From: a virus
Lineage: Duplodnaviria > Caudoviricetes
Virus record (IMG/VR): IMGVR_UViG_3300037834_000035
Location: 1 to 42,429 of that record
Direction: 5' to 3' (one strand)
DNA length: 42,429 nt
Both the position numbers and the translations under genes were made by a program. This document shows positions 15,911-24,285 of the stretch, one piece after another; position 1 is the first letter of the stretch; each line of letters begins with the position of its first letter. The notes beneath the pieces are model-generated. The model was not told where the DNA came from, ran no database searches, and saw only the letters and a program-made list of their open reading frames with translations.

Positions 15911-17310
15911 TCGTCGAGCCCACCCCCAGAGCGACGCCACAGAACCTCGAGGCGGAACAGGCCCTGCTGGGTGTCGTCATGTTCGACAACGACGCCCTCC
16001 GGGTCGTGAAGCACCTTCTGGCGCCCGAAGACTTCCATGAGCCGTTCCACGGTCGCCTCTGGGCCCAGATGGTCGTCAAGGCCGATAAGGGCCTGCTGGC
16101 CGATCCCATGACGCTCCATGAAGCGCTGGCCGAAGACCCCGCGCTCCAGCAGCTGGGCGGCGTCTGGTATCTCGCCGATCTGGTCGACCGGGCCCCGCCC
16201 ACGCGTGTGGTGCGAGACTATGCGGAGCAGATCGCCGAACTCTCCCTGCGCCGGCGCCTGATCGATCTTGCCGAACAGGCCAGCGAAGCGGCCCACGACC
16301 GGTCACTCTCGGCCTTCGAGGCCCTTTCCCGCGCCCGGTCGGCCATGGAGGATGCGGAGCGGACCGCCGCGCCCGACGACGCCACCTTCGTCAACGCCCA
16401 TGAGAGCGGACTCTCGCTCATGGAGAAGGTCGTCAACGACGTCACCGAAGGCCGAGTGAAGGGCATCAAGTGCGGCCTGTCGTGCGTCGATCGCCGGTTG
16501 GGCGGGCTGCTGCCCGGATCCGTGGTCGTGATCGCCGGCCGCCCCGGCATGGGCAAGACGGCGCTGCTGGGCAACATCATCTACGGTGCCGCGGTCCTGA
16601 ACCCCGGCAAGCTATTCGCGGCCCTGTCGCTGGAGATGGACACCGACCAGCTCAACGAGCGGGCCTTCTCGCGCCTGACGGCCGAGCGGGACGTCCAGGT
16701 GCCCTATGCGGACATCGGCAAGCGGAAGCTGAGCGCGATGGACCTCGACGCCCTTTCCGTCGTCAAGGACATGCTGCCCGCCAACCTGTGGCTTCGCGAC
16801 CGAGCGGGAGCGTCGGTCGAGGACGTCGCCAAGGCCGTCTGGTCCATGAAGCGCCGCGGCGACCTGGCGTGCGTCGGCATCGACTACCTGCAGCTCATGC
16901 GCCGGCCCGCCCTTGCCGGCCGGAACGAGGCCAGCGCGATCGCCGAAATGACCGGGGCCCTCAAGACACTCGCCCGGGACGCCAAGATCACGATCGTGCT
17001 GCTGTCCCAACTGAACCGATCGGTCGAAAGCCGCGACGACAAGCGGCCCCAGCTGTCCGACCTGCGAGAATCCGGTTCGATCGAGCAGGACGCCGACGCG
17101 GTGCTGTTCCCCTTCCGGGAGGTCTACTACCTCCAGAAGGCGGAGCCGAAGACAGGTACACAAGAGCACCTCGATTGGGAGATGCGCGTCCATGACCTGC
17201 GCCGGCACATGGACGTCATCATCGCCAAGAACCGCCACGGGTCCGAAGGCGCCGAGCCCCAGGACTATCAGCCGGAGTTCGACCTGATCATGGATAGGAG
17301 GGCCGCATGA
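15907..17310 (+). CDS. dnaB: DnaB-like replicative helicase
   Basis: PQNLEAEQALLG, Walker A GRPGMGKT, IDYLQL, LSQLNR, DLRESGSIEQDAD, AKNRHG; start ATG 15907. Confidence 0.95.
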   Translation: MIVEPTPRATPQNLEAEQALLGVVMFDNDALRVVKHLLAPEDFHEPFHGRLWAQMVVKADKGLLADPMTLHEALAEDPALQQLGGVWYLADLVDRAPPTRVVRDYAEQIAELSLRRRLIDLAEQASEAAHDRSLSAFEALSRARSAMEDAERTAAPDDATFVNAHESGLSLMEKVVNDVTEGRVKGIKCGLSCVDRRLGGLLPGSVVVIAGRPGMGKTALLGNIIYGAAVLNPGKLFAALSLEMDTDQLNERAFSRLTAERDVQVPYADIGKRKLSAMDLDALSVVKDMLPANLWLRDRAGASVEDVAKAVWSMKRRGDLACVGIDYLQLMRRPALAGRNEASAIAEMTGALKTLARDAKITIVLLSQLNRSVESRDDKRPQLSDLRESGSIEQDADAVLFPFREVYYLQKAEPKTGTQEHLDWEMRVHDLRRHMDVIIAKNRHGSEGAEPQDYQPEFDLIMDRRAA

Positions 17311-18236
17311 GGAAGGGCCAGAACTTCTACCGCCGCGATCCGTCCAAGGCTCTCTCCGGCATGATCGGCCTGAGCTTGGAGGAGCGCGGAGTCTACAACA
17401 CCGTCCTGGACCTGCTCTATTCGACGTGGCGTCCGATCGAAGACGACCGCCCCTTCATTTCCAACTGGTGCGGCTGTGCCGTCCAGAAGCTGAACCCGAT
17501 CATCCGACGTCTGATCGACAAGGGCCGCCTGATCACCTTCGAGGAGGGTGGGCGCACCTACCTGTCAGACGAGGCCTTCGAGGCCGAACGGGCGAGTGTG
17601 AAGGGAGCCGCCTCGAGCCGCTCCGGACGGGCTCTGGTCGAGGAGAAGTCGGGAGAAGTCCAGGAGAAGTCGGCAGGTGTCGGGGAGAACGCCGGACTTC
17701 TCGACAGCCAAACCCAAGAAAATCAGTCGGATGCGCGCCTAGAGAAGAATAGAGAAGAGAAGAAACACCCCCCTACCCCCCAAGGGGGCAAACGGAGGAA
17801 GCCTGAAACCCCTCTCCCCGACGGGTGTCCGTCCGCCGAGCTCATCCACGCCATGCAGACCGAAGCCCGATCCGAGGGCGCGAACATCGACCTGAGCCGA
17901 GAAGCCAAGGTGTTCCGGGACTGGTGGACGTCCAAGGACGGCCGGCACCGCGATTGGGCCGCGGCATGGCGCACCTGGGCCCGGAAGGCCATCGCCAAAG
18001 CGCCCCGGACCGCGGTCGCGGCGGTCGCCGCTCGCTCCGGTCCCACCGATCCCAACGCCCGCTGGACCTCCGCAGTCCGGGAGTTCCGGTCCAACGGCTA
18101 CTGGCCCCGTGACGACCTCGGCCCGCCGCCAGGCCGGGAGGGTTGCCGGTGCCCGCCTGACGTCCTCGCCGCCCACGGGATCGCCCAGCCGAAGCCCGTC
18201 GCCAACGATCTATTTCCCCAGGAGCAAGCCGTATGA
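17307..18236 (+). CDS. DUF1376/YdaU-type replication initiator
   Basis: N-terminal LSLEERGVYNTVLDLLY; central iteron region; C-terminal FRDWW...DWAAAWRTW domain. Confidence 0.82.
   Translation: MRKGQNFYRRDPSKALSGMIGLSLEERGVYNTVLDLLYSTWRPIEDDRPFISNWCGCAVQKLNPIIRRLIDKGRLITFEEGGRTYLSDEAFEAERASVKGAASSRSGRALVEEKSGEVQEKSAGVGENAGLLDSQTQENQSDARLEKNREEKKHPPTPQGGKRRKPETPLPDGCPSAELIHAMQTEARSEGANIDLSREAKVFRDWWTSKDGRHRDWAAAWRTWARKAIAKAPRTAVAAVAARSGPTDPNARWTSAVREFRSNGYWPRDDLGPPPGREGCRCPPDVLAAHGIAQPKPVANDLFPQEQAV
17642..17765 (+). repeat. Putative replication origin: GGAGAAGTC iterons plus purine tract
   Basis: GGAGAAGTC at 17642, 17652, 17663; partial at 17684; inverted GACTTCTC at 17695; AG-rich tract about 17740-17765. 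Confidence 0.65.
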
Positions 18237-19024
18237 GCCGTCGCGCCTTCCGCCCGAACAAAGCCCGGCCCTCGGCTCCGCGGACGATCGGTGCCGCCAA
18301 CGACGACGCCCCCGGCATCGCCAACGACAACGACCGGATCCAGGTCGGCGGGGTGCTGCTGACGGCTGAGCAGACACGCCGCTTCCGGAGGGCCGAGGAG
18401 AACGCGGCCAGCGAGGATCACCGGCTGAAGGTGTCCGGACGGGCGGCGCTGGTTCAGCTGGAGGGGGAGATCGCGGACGCGGCCGATCGCCAGCGTGTCG
18501 CCGCCGACCTGGTCGAGACCCGCGCTCTGGAGGAAGCCCGCGGCGCCACGATCGAGGTGTCGAACCGGCCGGAGCACAGGGGCCGCATCCGCATCGCGAG
18601 CCGGGACGGTCTGGAGACGCTGATGACGGCAGGCTCGCTTACGTCGAACCAATACGCCGCCGGGCTCCGCTACCGCGCCGACTATGAGCACTTGGATCCG
18701 GAGCGGGGCCTTACGCCTCCGGCGCTCGACCAGACCCGGCGCATCGGGCGAGGCGGAGAGGGTTGGGCGAAGCGATTGGAGGAGATCAGGACGCGGGTAG
18801 AAGGGCTGGAGCGAGCCATTCAGGCAGAGGACCCGACGTTCAGGGGTGCCGCTGCGGTCAACCCCGTGCATCGGGTCGGGCGTCGCGTGTGGGCGCTAAG
18901 GGAGGTTGCGGGAAAGGGTTCGAACCTCTCCGCCCTGAGCAGCAGTGGCTCGTCTCAGCTGGCGTATTCGGATGCTCTTCGATCGGCGCTGGATGCCGCA
19001 TCGATCGTCTACAGCTTGGAGTGA
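18233..19024 (+). CDS. DUF6456-like protein in the Q/late-regulator position
   Basis: LETLMTAGSLTSNQYAAGLRYRADYE motif; last early gene before the late region. Confidence 0.6.
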   Translation: MSRRAFRPNKARPSAPRTIGAANDDAPGIANDNDRIQVGGVLLTAEQTRRFRRAEENAASEDHRLKVSGRAALVQLEGEIADAADRQRVAADLVETRALEEARGATIEVSNRPEHRGRIRIASRDGLETLMTAGSLTSNQYAAGLRYRADYEHLDPERGLTPPALDQTRRIGRGGEGWAKRLEEIRTRVEGLERAIQAEDPTFRGAAAVNPVHRVGRRVWALREVAGKGSNLSALSSSGSSQLAYSDALRSALDAASIVYSLE

Positions 19025-19029
19025 GACCA

Positions 19030-19055
19030 GGCGGCCCCGGTTTCCCGGGACCGCC
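19030..19055. terminator. GC hairpin between convergent genes
   Basis: GGCGGCCCCGG-TTTC-CCGGGACCGCC; no clear U-tract. Confidence 0.45.
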
Positions 19056-19061
19056 GCTCTC

Positions 19062-19469
19062 TCATGCGTAAGCCGGAAGCCTTTCCGTCGCCATGCGCTC
19101 CACAAGGGCGGAACGTGTGACGCCGAGACGCTCGGCTGTCGCATCGATGGCGGCAAGAACGCCGCTGTCGATCGACATATTGGCCTTCACAGGCCTGCCG
19201 AGATCGCGAATGAGCAAGATGCTCGCGAGGATCGACCCTTCGGCCAGTTCCTCTTGGACATCAGCGTCCGTCACGATCTCGCCGAGACTTCTGGCTGCCG
19301 GGATGTCTGCGCCGCTCGAGGCGACGGTTTCGACCCAGGCCCTCAAAGCCTCGCCGGCATTTTCGATCACCTCATCGACCGATCCGCCCATGGCCGTGCA
19401 GCCGGGAAGATCGGGGAAATGAGCGCCGTAACTGCCTTCAGCCCCGTCGATCAGGGCAACGTAGTGCAT
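19062..19469 (-). CDS. hicB: HicB antitoxin
   Basis: YGAHFPDLPGCTAMG.SVDEVIENAGEAL; C-terminal RHH (KANMSID...GVTRSAL). Confidence 0.93.
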   Translation of the reverse strand: MHYVALIDGAEGSYGAHFPDLPGCTAMGGSVDEVIENAGEALRAWVETVASSGADIPAARSLGEIVTDADVQEELAEGSILASILLIRDLGRPVKANMSIDSGVLAAIDATAERLGVTRSALVERMATERLPAYA

Positions 19470-19538
19470 TCATCCTCCTTCTGCGGACCACACACATCGC
19501 CGTCGACGCCCGACTGAACTTCCGGAAACCGACGGGGC

Positions 19539-19727
19539 TCACCACCCCGCCGCCTTTCCGATTTGCCGGGCGACGCCCGGAGATAAAGTTCTGTGGCGGG
19601 GCACGATGATCGGGAACTTGAAGTCTGGGTTCCGGTAGATATCGTGCTTGGCGCCACCCTCGTTGGACCATCCTTCGTTTTCGAGCCGCTGGATGATCTT
19701 TTGTCGGGAAGTCTCTGGTGTCGGCAT
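19539..19727 (-). CDS. hicA: HicA mRNA interferase toxin
   Basis: LENEGW...GAKHDIY...IIVPRH..LSPGVARQIGKAAGW; ATG 19727 with GGAG RBS. Confidence 0.92.
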   Translation of the reverse strand: MPTPETSRQKIIQRLENEGWSNEGGAKHDIYRNPDFKFPIIVPRHRTLSPGVARQIGKAAGW

Positions 19728-19748
19728 GTGCTCCGTCTCTGTTCCTAA

Positions 19749-19810
19749 GGCGCACATTAATGCGCCCGGTGCGGGACAAAGTCAAGGATACGGGCGCACA
19801 AAAATGCGCC
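19749..19810 (-). promoter_or_regulatory. hicAB promoter with two GGCGCA-N6-TGCGCC operators
   Basis: GGCGCACATTAATGCGCC 19749-19766 and GGCGCACAAAAATGCGCC 19793-19810 flank a minus-strand TTGACT (19780-19785); -10-like ATTAAT lies inside the first. Confidence 0.75.
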
Positions 19811-19891
19811 AACGCACGGTTGGTTGGTGTGCCTTGTTGACTTTGGAGAGGTAATGGCGGACACACGCCATGTGGCGTTCCCGCGCCCAGC

Positions 19892-19926
19892 AGGCCCCAG
19901 ACCTAGTGTCCGGGGCCTTTCTCGTT
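19892..19926 (+). terminator. Intrinsic terminator at start of late region
   Basis: AGGCCCCAGAC-CTAGT-GTCCGGGGCCT followed by TTCTCGTT. Confidence 0.6.
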
Positions 19927-19966
19927 CCAGGCCCTGACGATGCTCCGACCTGCGGAGACGGCTAGA

Positions 19967-20275
19967 TCAGGATTTAGGCTTCGAGGCTTGGTTGGGCGTG
20001 ACGTTGGCAGAGAGCCAGGCGCCAGACCTGCGGTCCTGTTGGTCTACTGCGGTCAGCGCCCAATCAGCACCAGGCCTAAGCTCGAGCACCGCTAGTCGAT
20101 CGTCCCCGTCGATGTGGCGCCTCAGCAGCGTTCTGATCGTGGGTGCGGGACCCTTCAGCACCCCGAGCCACGTGCTCTCGTGCAACTTGTGACAGCTCCA
20201 GTCGCGGAGCTGCTTCAGCAGCGCGTCGTACTTCCGGACCTTCCTGAGGTCGTAGCTGATCAAATAGGCAGGCAT
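19967..20275 (-). CDS. Stand-alone Cas2/VapD-like small protein
   Basis: YLISYDLRK..YDALLKQL....KLHESTWL...IDGDDRLAVLEL; ATG 20275 with GGAGG RBS; no CRISPR array. Confidence 0.65.
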   Translation of the reverse strand: MPAYLISYDLRKVRKYDALLKQLRDWSCHKLHESTWLGVLKGPAPTIRTLLRRHIDGDDRLAVLELRPGADWALTAVDQQDRRSGAWLSANVTPNQASKPKS

Positions 20276-20390
20276 GCTGCCCTCCGTGCTCACCGGCCAG
20301 AATCAGCCGGCGCTTGGATGATGGACCCGCGTTCTCGGAACGTCAGGAGCGGTCGCCGCTTCCGCTGGGGGTCGATCCGTGCCCTTGTGG

Positions 20391-20732
20391 ATGGAGGTGC
20401 AAATCGCCAGCGACCGGCGCTCGCCTCAGGCCGAAGTCTACCGCCGCCTCTACCGCACCACTCGATGGCTGCGGACAAGAGCTGACCAGCTGGCGAAGCA
20501 GCCCCTGTGCGAGACCTGTCTCAGCGAAGGGCGCGTCACCGCCGCCACCGTCTGCAACCACGCGGACAAGGACAGCAAGGCGACCGAGGAAGGGTTCTTC
20601 GCGGGACCGTTCACCTCCGAATGCGCACCCTGCCACGACAGCGTCATCCAGAAGCAGGAGCGTCGGGGCTACGTCATCGGGTCGCATGAGAGCGGGATGC
20701 CGAGAGACCCGAACCACCACTGGAATCGCTAG
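20391..20732 (+). CDS. Terminase-associated HNH endonuclease
   Basis: RLYRTTRWLRTRADQLAKQPLCETC...ATVCNH...CAPCHD; exact start uncertain. Confidence 0.85.
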   Translation: MEVQIASDRRSPQAEVYRRLYRTTRWLRTRADQLAKQPLCETCLSEGRVTAATVCNHADKDSKATEEGFFAGPFTSECAPCHDSVIQKQERRGYVIGSHESGMPRDPNHHWNR

Positions 20733-20965
20733 CGGCGCTCGCACCAGTACCGAACAGAGACCCCGGGCTGGGACGCCATAAGGGCTGCGACGGTCTCGCA
20801 GTTGCCCAAGTTGTAGCCGTCAGGCTCCCCAGGCGCATCGAAGGACGCAACGTGGACCGGTGTCACGCCGTCGATCGCCGTCCGATAGAGGCGGTAAGTG
20901 TCCGATCCCCCGGAACAGCCGGTGGCGAGAAGAAACAGGGCGGCGAGAGCGAGCCAAGGGCGCAT
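20729..20965 (-). CDS. Small lipoprotein (moron)
   Basis: MRPWLALAALFLLATGC lipobox; HVASFDA...YNLGNC...YWCE. Confidence 0.7.
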   Translation of the reverse strand: MRPWLALAALFLLATGCSGGSDTYRLYRTAIDGVTPVHVASFDAPGEPDGYNLGNCETVAALMASQPGVSVRYWCERR

Positions 20966-20983
20966 AGGACCTGATGCCACCAC

Positions 20984-21070
20984 GGGGGGCGGGGGTCAAA
21001 AGTTCAGGGTCACCGCCTTACGGACCGGCGGGGGCCCACAAAACTAACGCTAACCGCACTTTCTCGCGCA
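20984..21070 (+). other. Probable cos/packaging region
   Basis: G-run GGGGGGCGGGGGTCAAAAGT...GACCGGCGGGGG between HNH and terS, as in HK97-like cos phages; cut site not determined. Confidence 0.5.
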
Positions 21071-21086
21071 CGCGCACGGAGCGACC

Positions 21087-21560
21087 ATGACCCGACGCCA
21101 GCGCATCGACAGCGTGACTGGCGCTGTGGCCGTGATGCTGAAGGCGGCGAAGCGCATCAATCCGCCGGCGCACGCCCCTCTCGATGACGACGCCCTGCCG
21201 TTCTGGAACGAGATCATCGCGGCCCGTGCGCAGAGCGAATGGACCGAGCACGACCTGACGTGTGCGTCTGATCTGGCGAACGCGATGGCCCAGCTGGTCG
21301 AGAACCGGCGCATGCTCCGGGCAGAAGGCGAGGTCCTGGAGACGGAGAAGGGTTCGAAGTTCGCGAACCCGCGGGTTTCGGTCGTTCACGGCCTGCATGC
21401 TCAGATAAAGGCGGCCCGTCAGTCGCTCTACATTCACGGTCGCGCGGCCGGCAGGGTCGAGGACGTCGCCAGGCGCCGGACGCAGGCGCGAGAGATTGAG
21501 GCGGGAAGCCCGCTGGCCGGTGACGACGAAGACCTGCTGGCGAGGCCGACGGTCCAGTGA
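21087..21560 (+). CDS. terS: Terminase small subunit
   Basis: P27-like: PPAHAPL, LRAEGEVL...KFANPRVSV; directly upstream of terL. Confidence 0.85.
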   Translation: MTRRQRIDSVTGAVAVMLKAAKRINPPAHAPLDDDALPFWNEIIAARAQSEWTEHDLTCASDLANAMAQLVENRRMLRAEGEVLETEKGSKFANPRVSVVHGLHAQIKAARQSLYIHGRAAGRVEDVARRRTQAREIEAGSPLAGDDEDLLARPTVQ

Positions 21561-23080
21561 CCAGGGGTGAGCGGGTCATCCGCTTCATCGAAACCTTCTG
21601 CAGGGTGCCGGAAGGTAAGTTGGTCGGAAAGCCGATCCGGCTGGACCGCTGGCAGAAGCGGTTCATTCTGGAAGTCTACGACAACCCGGCCGGCACACGG
21701 TTGGGGATCCTCTCAATCGCGCGCAAGAACGGGAAGTCGGCGCTGATCGCGGCGATCATGCTGGCCCACCTGGTCGGGCCCGAGGCGCGGCAGAACAGCC
21801 AGATCGTCTCGGGCGCCCGGAGCCGGAAACAGGCTGCGGTCGTCTTCAACCTCGCCGCCAAGATGGTTCAGCTGTCGGATCGGCTTCGGCCCATCGTCCG
21901 GATCGTGCCGTCCGGGAAGACGCTGCACGGCCTGACGATGAATACGGAGTACCAAGCGCTCGCGGCGGAGGCGGGCACGGCGCACGGGCTGTCTCCAGTC
22001 CTCGCCATCCACGACGAGATGGGCCAGGTCCGGGGCGAGTTCGACGCCTTCATCGAGGCGATCGAGACGGCCCAAGGTGCCTACGATGACGCGCTGCAGC
22101 TTGTCATCTCGACCCAAGCGCCGAACGACGCGGACATGCTCTCGATCCGGATCGACGACGCGGAGCGGTCCGGCGACCCCACCATCGTCTGCCACGTCTA
22201 TGCTGCGGACCCCGAAGCGGACCTTCAGGATCGTGCGGCGTGGAAGGCGGCGAACCCTGCCTTGGGAACGTTCCGGTCCGAGGTCGAGATCACGAACAAG
22301 GCGGCCGAAGCGGCACGGATGCCCTCGGTCGAGAACAGCTTTCGGAACCTGTACCTGAACCAGCGGGTGACGCGGCACACGCCTTTCGTCAGCCCGTCTA
22401 TCTGGAAGGCCTGCTCTGGCCCGGTCGACATGTCGGCCTTCTACGAGGGGCCGGTTTACGGCGGGCTCGACCTGTCCCGGACCACTGACCTTTCTGCGCT
22501 CGTTCTCATCGCGAAGAAGGGCGGCGTCTGGCACGTCCTGCCGATCTTCTGGACGCCAAAATCGACTCTGGCCGATCGGTCAAAGAAGGACCGGGCGCCC
22601 TACGACAAGTGGGTCGCGCAGGGTTTCCTCAAGGCGACGCCGGGGCCGGCGGTGGAATACGATTTTGTGGCCCGCGACATTCGGGACATCACCGAGGGCA
22701 TGGACGTCCAGAAGATCGGCTTCGACCGACACCGGATGAAAACCCTTCAGGCCGAACTGGACCGCCTCGAGGTGGTCCTGCCGTTTGAAGAGTTCGGCCA
22801 GGGCTTCGTCAGCATGGCGCCGGCCATCGACCGGGCAGAGATCGAGTTCCTGCACCACAGGTTCCGCCACGGCGGCCACCCGGTGCTGACGATGTGCGCG
22901 GCGAACGCGATCATCGTCACCGACGCTGCGGACAACCGCAAGATGGACAAGTCCAAGTCGACCGGCCGCATCGACGGCATGGTCAGCCTGGCGATGGCGA
23001 TAGGCGTCGCGACGCTGGACGGCGGCGAAGAGGAGGCGGGATGGAACGACTATCTCGCCAGCCTGGGGGTGGCGGCTTGA
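21557..23080 (+). CDS. terL: Terminase large subunit
   Basis: Walker A ARKNGKS, Walker B IHDE, ISTQ, GLDLS nuclease motif, RIDGMVSLAMA. Confidence 0.96.
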   Translation: MTRGERVIRFIETFCRVPEGKLVGKPIRLDRWQKRFILEVYDNPAGTRLGILSIARKNGKSALIAAIMLAHLVGPEARQNSQIVSGARSRKQAAVVFNLAAKMVQLSDRLRPIVRIVPSGKTLHGLTMNTEYQALAAEAGTAHGLSPVLAIHDEMGQVRGEFDAFIEAIETAQGAYDDALQLVISTQAPNDADMLSIRIDDAERSGDPTIVCHVYAADPEADLQDRAAWKAANPALGTFRSEVEITNKAAEAARMPSVENSFRNLYLNQRVTRHTPFVSPSIWKACSGPVDMSAFYEGPVYGGLDLSRTTDLSALVLIAKKGGVWHVLPIFWTPKSTLADRSKKDRAPYDKWVAQGFLKATPGPAVEYDFVARDIRDITEGMDVQKIGFDRHRMKTLQAELDRLEVVLPFEEFGQGFVSMAPAIDRAEIEFLHHRFRHGGHPVLTMCAANAIIVTDAADNRKMDKSKSTGRIDGMVSLAMAIGVATLDGGEEEAGWNDYLASLGVAA

Positions 23081-24276
23081 ACCTGCTTCAGAAGGCGCTC
23101 TGGTTCGTCACCGGGCGCCCGAAGCTGAGCACGGTCGAGCACTGGCCGCGCGACAACAGCTATGCCGGCGTGGCCGTCAGCGAGACTTCCGTGCTGGCGC
23201 TGTCGGCGGCGTGGGCTTGCGTGAACCTGCTGGCCGGGACCATCGCGTCCCTGCCGCTGATGGTCTACCGGGTCGACCGCTCGGGCAACCGGGTGGCCGA
23301 CAAGGAGCATCCGCTCTACCGGATCCTGCACGACAGTCCGAACGCCGACCAGACGGCCATGGAATTCTGGGAGGGCGGCAACACGGCCATCGAGCTCCGC
23401 GGCGCCATGCACGCGCACAAGGAGACGATGGGCGGCCGGCTCGTCGCGCTGACGCCGATGAACGACCCGACGTGCCGGCGCACTGAGACCGGGCGGCTGC
23501 TCTATCGCTGGGTCGAGAACGGCGAGGCGCGGGAAGCCTACGAGGAAGACGTGTTCCGGGTCCGGGGTTTCCTCGGCGGGATGTCGACGATCTCGGCCGG
23601 CCGTCAGGTGTTCGGTCTGGCGACGGCGGTCAACACGGCCTCGCAGACCACCTTCGCCAACGGGATGCGGCCCTCGGGCGTGCTGACCGTTCCCGGTGTT
23701 CTGAAGCCAGACCAGCGCGAGCCGCTGGAGAAGGCGCTGGGGGACAAGTTCATCGGCTCGGTCAACGCCGGCCGGCCCATGCTGCTGGAGGCCGGGGTGA
23801 CCTGGCAGCAGCTGACCATCAACCCCGAAGACGCCCAAATGCTGGAGTCGCGGGCGTTCAGCGTGGAAGAGGTCGCCCGCCTGTTTGGCGTCCCGCCGCA
23901 TATGATCGGCCACACCGAGAAGTCGACCAGCTGGGGCACGGGGCTGGAGCAGCAGACGCTCGGCTTCGTCCAGTTCACCCTGCGCAAGCGCCTGAAGCGG
24001 ATCGAGCAGGCCATCGCCAAGCAGCTGCTGACCCCGGCGGACCGGGCGGCGGGCGTGACGGTCGAGTTCAACCTTGAAGGCCTGCTGCGCGGCGACAGCG
24101 CCGGGCGGGCGGCCTTCTACCAGTCTGGCCTTCAGAACGGCTGGACCACCATCAACGAAGTGCGTGCGCTGGAGGGCAAGCCCCCGGTGGCCGGCGGCGA
24201 TGTGCCCCGGATGCAGATGCAGAACGTGCCGATCACCGAAGCGACCAATCCCGTCGCGCCCTCTCCAGCGCCCTAG
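23077..24276 (+). CDS. HK97-family portal protein
   Basis: TTG 23077 overlapping terL stop; AWACVNLLAGTIASLPL, EDAQMLESR, ARLFGVPP, TINEVR. Confidence 0.95.
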   Translation: MNLLQKALWFVTGRPKLSTVEHWPRDNSYAGVAVSETSVLALSAAWACVNLLAGTIASLPLMVYRVDRSGNRVADKEHPLYRILHDSPNADQTAMEFWEGGNTAIELRGAMHAHKETMGGRLVALTPMNDPTCRRTETGRLLYRWVENGEAREAYEEDVFRVRGFLGGMSTISAGRQVFGLATAVNTASQTTFANGMRPSGVLTVPGVLKPDQREPLEKALGDKFIGSVNAGRPMLLEAGVTWQQLTINPEDAQMLESRAFSVEEVARLFGVPPHMIGHTEKSTSWGTGLEQQTLGFVQFTLRKRLKRIEQAIAKQLLTPADRAAGVTVEFNLEGLLRGDSAGRAAFYQSGLQNGWTTINEVRALEGKPPVAGGDVPRMQMQNVPITEATNPVAPSPAP

Positions 24277-24285
24277 GAGGCCCTG

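Noticed and set aside
19900-20400. CRISPR array near the Cas2-like gene
   Set aside because: No repeat-spacer structure seen here or elsewhere in the window.
1740-23080. Bare C-terminal AA in MTase (RLAA), DnaB (RRAA) and TerL (GVAA) as independent degron evidence
   Set aside because: These can arise from overlapping RBS plus ATGA/TTGA coupling, so they were not counted without an AND motif.
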